Shown here piece after piece: positions 58,552 through 64,000 of a stretch of DNA of 64,000 bases (position 1 is the first letter of the stretch; each line of letters starts with the position of its first letter). This DNA is from Escherichia phage Ge15: sequence record PP359696.1; one strand, given 5' to 3'. Both the position numbers and the translations under genes were made by a program. A model generated the notes under the pieces. That model was not told the origin of the DNA. It saw only the letters and a list, made by a program, of their open reading frames with translations, and made no database searches.

Positions 58552-58905
58552 TATAGTTCTGAATTTTCATATTTAAAAATGGAAAAAATTTCATACGATT
58601 TTATAGATGAAAAGGTTTATTACAGTTTCCATGAACCACGTTTTAATAGTGAGGTTGGGTTTATTGTAGTAAAAGACAATTTCATTTTAAAGATATATTC
58701 AGCATTAAAGGATTTTCACTACGAAAATATTAACCTAAAATTTGATAAAGAAAACGTTCGTAATTGTGCAGTAACAATTACAGGAAATAAAGGCACATGT
58801 GTTATGCTATCTGATGAAATTAATGATTTGCTAAATGATGCCGAAAAGGTTGCTATTCCATCTATTGATGACCAAATTTTTAATGCTTTTATGAATAGAG
58901 GTTAA
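58549..58905 (+). CDS. gp61.1-like hypothetical protein
   Basis: 118-aa ORF ending SIDDQIFNAFMNRG. Confidence 0.55.
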   Translation: MYSSEFSYLKMEKISYDFIDEKVYYSFHEPRFNSEVGFIVVKDNFILKIYSALKDFHYENINLKFDKENVRNCAVTITGNKGTCVMLSDEINDLLNDAEKVAIPSIDDQIFNAFMNRG

Positions 58906-58909
58906 TATG
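58861..58909 (+). repeat. 49-bp direct repeat copy 2
   Basis: Second copy of the junction repeat, 358 bp downstream of the first. Confidence 0.85.
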
Positions 58910-59071
58910 AAAACATATAAAGAATTTATTAAAGAAGATATGGTAGCTGGAGATTCAGGTGGTAATCCTGAAAATATCTCTACTGGAACAACGTCAGGTG
59001 CTGTAGTAAATAAAGGTCCTGAACAGATTCCTAAAAAGAAAAAAGAGGAATCTAAAGAAAAAGAAGAGTAA
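58907..59071 (+). CDS. mini-protein with capsid-targeting-like N-terminus
   Basis: 54-aa ORF (below track cutoff), MKTYKEFIKEDMVAG..., Lys/Glu-rich tail, immediately upstream of primase. Confidence 0.45.
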   Translation: MKTYKEFIKEDMVAGDSGGNPENISTGTTSGAVVNKGPEQIPKKKKEESKEKEE

Positions 59072-59073
59072 AA

Positions 59074-60102
59074 ATGTCATCAATACCTTGGATTGATAAT
59101 GAGTTTGCATACCGTGCATTGGCTCATTTACCTAAATTCGCACAAGTAAATAATAGTTCAACTTTTAAATTACGGTTTAGATGCCCTGTTTGTGGAGATT
59201 CAAAAACCGACCAAAATAAAGCCCGTGGATGGTATTATGGTGATAATAATGAAGGAAATATTCATTGTTATAACTGTAACTATCATGCACCAATCGGAAT
59301 ATATTTAAAGGAGTTTGAACCTGATTTATATCGTGAGTATATCTTTGAAATAAGAAAAGAAAAAGGTAAAAGTCGTCCAGTAGAAAAACCTAAAGAACTT
59401 CCTAAACAACCCGAGAAGAAAATAATTAAATCTCTTCCGTCATGTGTTAGATTAGATAAACTGACGGAAGACCATCCAATTATAAAATACATAAAAGCTC
59501 GCTGTATTCCAAAGGATAAATGGAAATATCTTTGGTTTACAACTGAATGGCCTAAATTAGTTAATAGCATAGCGCCGGGAACATATAAAAAGGAAATACC
59601 TGAGCCTCGTCTTGTTATTCCAATTTATAATGCTAATGGAAAAGCTGAGTCGTTTCAAGGACGTGCATTAAAGAAAGATGCTCCTCAAAAATATATCACC
59701 ATCAAAGCTTATCCTGAAGCAACAAAAATCTATGGAGTCGAACGGGTTAAAGATGGTGATGTATATGTTCTAGAAGGACCTATAGATTCACTTTTTATTG
59801 AAAATGGTATAGCTATTACGGGTGGTCAATTAGACCTAGAAGTTGTTCCATTTAAAGATAGACGCGTGTGGGTTTTAGATAATGAACCTCGTCACCCTGA
59901 CACTATTAAGCGAATGACTAAATTAGTTGATGCAGGAGAAAGGGTTATGTTTTGGGACAAATCTCCCTGGAAATCAAAAGATGTTAATGATATGATTAGA
60001 AAGGAAGGTGCAACCCCTGAACAAATTATGGAATATATGAAAAATAATATTGCGCAGGGGTTGATGGCTAAAATGCGGCTATCTAAATATGCTAAGATTT
60101 AA
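59074..60102 (+). CDS. 61: DNA primase gp61
   Basis: 342-aa ORF with zinc ribbon CPVCGDS...CYNC and TOPRIM region; T4 gp61 size. Confidence 0.93.
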   Translation: MSSIPWIDNEFAYRALAHLPKFAQVNNSSTFKLRFRCPVCGDSKTDQNKARGWYYGDNNEGNIHCYNCNYHAPIGIYLKEFEPDLYREYIFEIRKEKGKSRPVEKPKELPKQPEKKIIKSLPSCVRLDKLTEDHPIIKYIKARCIPKDKWKYLWFTTEWPKLVNSIAPGTYKKEIPEPRLVIPIYNANGKAESFQGRALKKDAPQKYITIKAYPEATKIYGVERVKDGDVYVLEGPIDSLFIENGIAITGGQLDLEVVPFKDRRVWVLDNEPRHPDTIKRMTKLVDAGERVMFWDKSPWKSKDVNDMIRKEGATPEQIMEYMKNNIAQGLMAKMRLSKYAKI

Positions 60103-60299
60103 ATTAACCCAACTAAAGCAAATGCTAAATCTACGAATGTATCAAGAGTAATTACTGGAATATTAACACCATGAGCAATAGCAATTGGTGATAAAACAAA
60201 ATTCCAGAGTAAAATTCCTACCATAGCAGAAATAGTAAAAGCTATACGTTTTTTATTACCTTTTATGGCATTAACAAGTGCCATTAATTTTTGTACCAT
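60099..60299 (-). CDS. small membrane protein on the opposite strand
   Basis: 66-aa minus-strand ORF with strong SD (AAGGAGGA then ATG) and two hydrophobic segments, in the 61-56 intergenic space. Confidence 0.45.
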   Translation of the reverse strand: MVQKLMALVNAIKGNKKRIAFTISAMVGILLWNFVLSPIAIAHGVNIPVITLDTFVDLAFALVGLI

Positions 60300-60370
60300 A
60301 TGTCCTCCTTATTGCTTTATATATTTATTGTATAATTAATCTACTAACCCATGAATTGAAAGGAAAAATA

Positions 60371-60889
60371 ATGGCATACTTTAATGAATGTTCACAACTG
60401 ATCGAAGGCGCTGATAAAGCTCAAAATGAATACTGGGATATTCTCGGTGATGAAAAAGACCCACTACAGGTTATGCTTGATATGCAGAAATCTTTGCAGG
60501 TTCGTTTAGCTAAAGATAAACCTGAATATAACCGTCATCCTGATGATTTGGCTACTGCAGGCGAAGTTGTTGATTGGCTGCGTAATCAAAAAGATTATAT
60601 TGACGATGAATTCCGTGAACTTCTGACTTCTCTTGGCGGCATGAGCAATGGTGAAAAAGATGCATCTGCTGTATGGAAGCCTTGGAAAGCTCAACATGGT
60701 GAACGCCGTGAAACTCTAATTACTGATTTGTCTCCGCAAGATCAGTTGGAAATTAAATTCGAAATGATTGATATTCTTCATTTCGTTCTGAACATGTTCC
60801 AAGGTCTTGGTCTTACGGCTGAAGAAATCTTTAAACTTTATTATCTGAAAAATGCTGAAAACTTCGCTCGTCAAGACCGAGGTTATTGA
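60371..60889 (+). CDS. 56: dCTPase/dUTPase gp56
   Basis: 172-aa ORF from ATG 60371, MAYFNECSQLIEGADKAQNEYWDILG...; recognised as T4 gp56. Confidence 0.9.
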   Translation: MAYFNECSQLIEGADKAQNEYWDILGDEKDPLQVMLDMQKSLQVRLAKDKPEYNRHPDDLATAGEVVDWLRNQKDYIDDEFRELLTSLGGMSNGEKDASAVWKPWKAQHGERRETLITDLSPQDQLEIKFEMIDILHFVLNMFQGLGLTAEEIFKLYYLKNAENFARQDRGY

Positions 60890-61089
60890 TGGCTCGTTTA
60901 AATAAACGCCAGCTTAAGAAAGCCCGCAAGAAACGTATTGACCAGCTATTTAAAAATTATGATAAGGAGCTCGTATGTGAGCTCTTATCTAATCAGCTTC
61001 GTGTGGTTGATTGGGTTGTAGAAGAAGGTCCTGATGAAATTTTTGTCAGCGAAGAAGCCTTAAAATTAATTATAGAACATTCAAAATGA
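60886..61089 (+). CDS. hypothetical basic protein
   Basis: 67-aa ORF coupled to gene 56. Confidence 0.5.
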   Translation: MMARLNKRQLKKARKKRIDQLFKNYDKELVCELLSNQLRVVDWVVEEGPDEIFVSEEALKLIIEHSK

Positions 61090-61259
61090 AAATATCCAAA
61101 GAAGAATTTATTAGACGTCAAAAAGCTTTAATTAATTTATACGAGTGGTATGCTTATCAGCTTAAAGTAGATAGCTCTAATATAAATGCTGTAATGGCTT
61201 TATATAAACAAATTCAAGATGAACACGAATTCCTGGCACAAGTTTTCATTGAAGACTGA
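61086..61259 (+). CDS. hypothetical small protein
   Basis: 57-aa ORF (below track cutoff). Confidence 0.4.
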   Translation: MKISKEEFIRRQKALINLYEWYAYQLKVDSSNINAVMALYKQIQDEHEFLAQVFIED

Positions 61260-61267
61260 TATAAATA
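61260..61267 (+). promoter_or_regulatory. late promoter TATAAATA for soc
   Basis: Exact TATAAATA about 30 nt upstream of soc ATG. Confidence 0.65.
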
Positions 61268-61298
61268 CACCTGTAATTAAACAATAAAGGAGTTTATT

Positions 61299-61535
61299 AT
61301 GGGTGGTTTCGTTAACATCAAGACCTTTACTCATCCAGCAGGTGAAGGCAAAGAAGTTAAAGGTATGGAAGTTTCTGTAGCATTTGATGTATATTCAAAT
61401 GAACACCGTATTGCAGATTCTCATTATCAAATCTTTCCGTCAGAAAAAGCAGCTTATTCTGATGTAGTTTCCGATGCAGCAACTTGGAAAACTAAGAATG
61501 CTGCAATGTTTACACCTACAGAAATAGGTGGTTAA
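61299..61535 (+). CDS. soc: small outer capsid protein Soc
   Basis: 78-aa ORF (FVNIKTF ... HYQIFPSEKAAYS) resembling T4 Soc; late promoter upstream and terminator downstream. Confidence 0.85.
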   Translation: MGGFVNIKTFTHPAGEGKEVKGMEVSVAFDVYSNEHRIADSHYQIFPSEKAAYSDVVSDAATWKTKNAAMFTPTEIGG

Positions 61536-61542
61536 TAATTCA

Positions 61543-61567
61543 AGGACTCCCTAGGGAGTCCTTTTTT
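61543..61567 (+). terminator. rho-independent terminator
   Basis: AGGACTCCCTAGGGAGTCCT hairpin then TTTTTT. Confidence 0.75.
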
Positions 61568-61633
61568 CATTTTACCGGTTTACTTTCCAAAATGAGTATG
61601 GTATAATAGAATTATCTTATAGAGGAGAGCACT

Positions 61634-61840
61634 ATGTTAAATCGTTGGATTAAACCAAATGAAGATTTAGATATTATCATTTCACGGCATGTAATGAAGA
61701 AATATGAACTACAGCCATGGTCTACAGAAGTTGTTGTGCATTCATTTATGATGTACGCAGATGGTTCTGTCGAATTTAATGCAGAGATTCGGTATGATTA
61801 TGGTGAGAAGCAAGTCGAATTCAAAAGAGGCTTTTTGTAA
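61634..61840 (+). CDS. hypothetical protein
   Basis: 68-aa ORF after a TGGTATAAT early promoter. Confidence 0.5.
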   Translation: MLNRWIKPNEDLDIIISRHVMKKYELQPWSTEVVVHSFMMYADGSVEFNAEIRYDYGEKQVEFKRGFL

Positions 61841-62181
61841 TGTTTATCTTTAATTGGTTTAAAAGTTTCTTTACGGATTTTTTCTCTACGACTCCTGGGG
61901 AAGGTGTAGTTCCTATTTCAAATGACTACCTTCCTTTAACTGTAGTTGAATATGTTTATATGGGAGATGGAACAGTAGAAGCAGTTACTATGACTTATGA
62001 AGAAGCCCAAGAATATTATAAAAATCCTTGGCGCTGGTCAACACCTACTACATCATCTAACACACAGAATACACAGTCTAGTTCTGATTCATATGATACA
62101 AATGTTCCTGTTCACGTATGGGCAGGTGATTCATGTGGAAGTTCTTGTGATTCTAGTTGTTCATCTACATCTTGTGATTGA
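61840..62181 (+). CDS. hypothetical protein with Ser/Cys-rich C-terminal tail
   Basis: 113-aa ORF ending [19 protein letters not shown]. Confidence 0.5.
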   Translation: MFIFNWFKSFFTDFFSTTPGEGVVPISNDYLPLTVVEYVYMGDGTVEAVTMTYEEAQEYYKNPWRWSTPTTSSNTQNTQSSSDSYDTNVPVHVWAGDSCGSSCDSSCSSTSCD

Positions 62182-62189
62182 GGAAAATT

Positions 62190-62675
62190 ATGGAAGCAAT
62201 TTTGTTTGAAATGTCTATCAATAGTATTAGTATGGCGTTTGTCAAGGATGTTCCAATTACCGTAGCAGTAATGATTGATAAAAGATATGACAATAACATG
62301 TATCTAGTAGAAGATTTTATTTCAATGCCAGTTCCAGAAGATGTTGAAATAAAACTTAAAAAGATCGGAATTATTGAAACTGTACAAAATTCTCCATTTA
62401 TGGCAATTCAAGCATTTACTAAATCTAACTATATTGATGTTGCTGAAGCATATTATAATAATAAACCATTATCCTTCTATTCATATGATTCAATACATGA
62501 TTGGAAAATAGATAAAGGAAATAAATTTATAATTACAGACGAAAGTGCGCTATCATATTTTATTACCTCTTTATGGAATAATTTAAATCCAAATTTGCTA
62601 AAAATTCATAAATTTGACGATGCTCCTACTGTCGTTTTAGGTAAAACAAATGAAAGTTCTGAAGAAAATACTTGA
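62190..62675 (+). CDS. hypothetical protein
   Basis: 161-aa ORF from ATG 62190 (RBS GAGGAAAA). Confidence 0.5.
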   Translation: MEAILFEMSINSISMAFVKDVPITVAVMIDKRYDNNMYLVEDFISMPVPEDVEIKLKKIGIIETVQNSPFMAIQAFTKSNYIDVAEAYYNNKPLSFYSYDSIHDWKIDKGNKFIITDESALSYFITSLWNNLNPNLLKIHKFDDAPTVVLGKTNESSEENT

Positions 62676-62853
62676 ATGGTTTAGTAGACCAAACTCAATG
62701 TACATTGATGATGGTTGGGTTGAACAAGCAAATAAAGAAATGCAGAACGAATCGGAAGAATGGATGAAATCAATGATTAGTGCTGAGAAAGAAAAGAAAT
62801 TAGAACGCTCAGCGCTTAAATTGATGAGAGACATCTATGGTGATAAATCATGA
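62650..62853 (+). CDS. hypothetical protein
   Basis: 67-aa ORF. Confidence 0.45.
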   Translation: MKVLKKILEWFSRPNSMYIDDGWVEQANKEMQNESEEWMKSMISAEKEKKLERSALKLMRDIYGDKS

Positions 62854-63011
62854 ACAAAGATATGACGCTGGAAGAGGCTAAAGCAAAAGCAAATGAAGCC
62901 TTAGATTTGCTTCTTAAAATTGGCAGTAAAATGATGGAAGAAAATGAGAAATATATCCAGGAAAACAAAATTCCTGACGGCCCATTAGTAGGCAAGAGGA
63001 AATCACATGAT
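62850..63011 (+). CDS. hypothetical small protein
   Basis: 53-aa ORF (below track cutoff). Confidence 0.4.
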
Positions 63012-63477
63012 TGAAGTAGCAAAACATTATTCAATAGAATTTATGTCCAAAGAAGGTAAATCAGTAAATACACTTGATAAAAAATGCTCGTTAATTATTC
63101 CTTTAGCAGAAAATCCGGATATTTTAATTAAAGATATAAAAGAAAGAAAATATCCAGAAAATGTTATTCTAATTATAAAGCATACTGAAGATATTTTGCA
63201 GAATACTGATTCACCATTTTCTTCTTCTGAAGCTTTAACTATTAAAGGCTATAAAAGAGCTCATGAATATGGTCTTTTTGACCTGTTTGAAGACGATAAA
63301 GTTAAATTAGTTAGTCAACCTTCTAAAAGTAAAACATTCATTATTGAAGATATTAAAGATATAAATGCATTTGTTAAGATGGTCTGGGCTCATTTTGATG
63401 TTGGACTACGCTGGAGAATGTCCGAAGAAGAAAGAAAGATTATTGAAGCTAATCGTCAATTTGGTTTTTATCGCTAG
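63007..63477 (+). CDS. hypothetical protein
   Basis: 156-aa ORF. Confidence 0.5.
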   Translation: MIEVAKHYSIEFMSKEGKSVNTLDKKCSLIIPLAENPDILIKDIKERKYPENVILIIKHTEDILQNTDSPFSSSEALTIKGYKRAHEYGLFDLFEDDKVKLVSQPSKSKTFIIEDIKDINAFVKMVWAHFDVGLRWRMSEEERKIIEANRQFGFYR

Positions 63478-63485
63478 GAATTAAT

Positions 63486-63668
63486 ATGGATTTATTTGAG
63501 ATGTTAGAAGATAATCATTCTACGAATATCCAGAATGATTCTAGTGATTATAAGAAAGAGTACCGTATAGTATTACAGAATTATGGAATTGAAGCCCCAG
63601 ATGCTCTTCTAGAAGAACTAGCTTCATACCATCTTGACCCTCCGCCTTGGGCTCCCTGGGCAAAATAA
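63486..63668 (+). CDS. hypothetical acidic small protein
   Basis: 60-aa ORF. Confidence 0.45.
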   Translation: MDLFEMLEDNHSTNIQNDSSDYKKEYRIVLQNYGIEAPDALLEELASYHLDPPPWAPWAK

Positions 63669-63735
63669 TTCAAAAAGTTGTTTACTTTCCTTCCTAACAA
63701 TGATATGATAGCTTCTGAAGTATATGGAGGCTATC

Positions 63736-64000
63736 ATGATTATTAATCTTGCAGATGTTGAACAGTTATCTATAAAAGCTGAAAGCGTCGATTTTCAATA
63801 TGATATGTATAAAAAGGTCTGTGAAAAATTTACGGACTTTGAACAGTCAGTTCTTTGGCAATGTATGGAAGCCAAAAAGAATGAAGCTCTTCATCGGCAG
63901 TTGAATAAAATCGTTAAAAATCATTTAACTAAATCACCTTATCAGCTATATCGTGGTATATCAAAATCGACAAAAGAACTTATTAAAGATTTACAAGTTG
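63736..64000 (+). CDS. partial ORF, possibly Mod-type ADP-ribosyltransferase (continues past window end)
   Basis: ORF from ATG 63736 after an early promoter; contains LYRGIS, reminiscent of the Arg motif of R-S-E ADP-ribosyltransferases; T4 modA/modB lie in this map region. Confidence 0.3.
   Translation, partial: MIINLADVEQLSIKAESVDFQYDMYKKVCEKFTDFEQSVLWQCMEAKKNEALHRQLNKIVKNHLTKSPYQLYRGISKSTKELIKDLQV

Overview
This window is a T-even (T4-like, Tequatrovirus-type) phage segment, in reverse-complement orientation relative to the usual T4 map. It runs from the start of baseplate gene 5 and gene 53 through 4-2-3-1-57A-57B, a hyperplastic internal-protein/tRNA region, lysozyme e, denV, regB, the vs, tk, rI and nrdC clusters, pin, 49, nrdD, nrdG, gene 55, alpha-glucosyltransferase, 47, 46, 45, 44, 62, regA, DNA polymerase 43, imm, 42, uvsX, 40, 41, dmd, sp, primase 61, 56 and soc. 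Almost all genes are on the + strand (early/middle transcription), with many sigma70-like early promoters (GTTTAC -35, extended -10) often embedded in stem-loops, a few TATAAATA late promoters, and GC-rich UUCG-type terminator hairpins. Identifications rest on my recognition of protein sequences and synteny; no database search was run. Differences from T4 as I remember it: 10 tRNAs (Pro absent; Tyr, Asn, His added), a DXD-motif glycosyltransferase where T4 has beta-glucosyltransferase, an intron-less nrdD, and several accessory cassettes. The most interesting candidates for undescribed biology are the queuosine-family tRNA additions, multiple capsid-targeting-sequence genes, a macro-domain protein, a nucleotidyltransferase plus AAA+ ATPase pair, a run of four coiled-coil-tailed proteins, a tandem array of small membrane proteins, and a lipoprotein module next to imm. 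I cannot tell from sequence alone which of these are truly novel.
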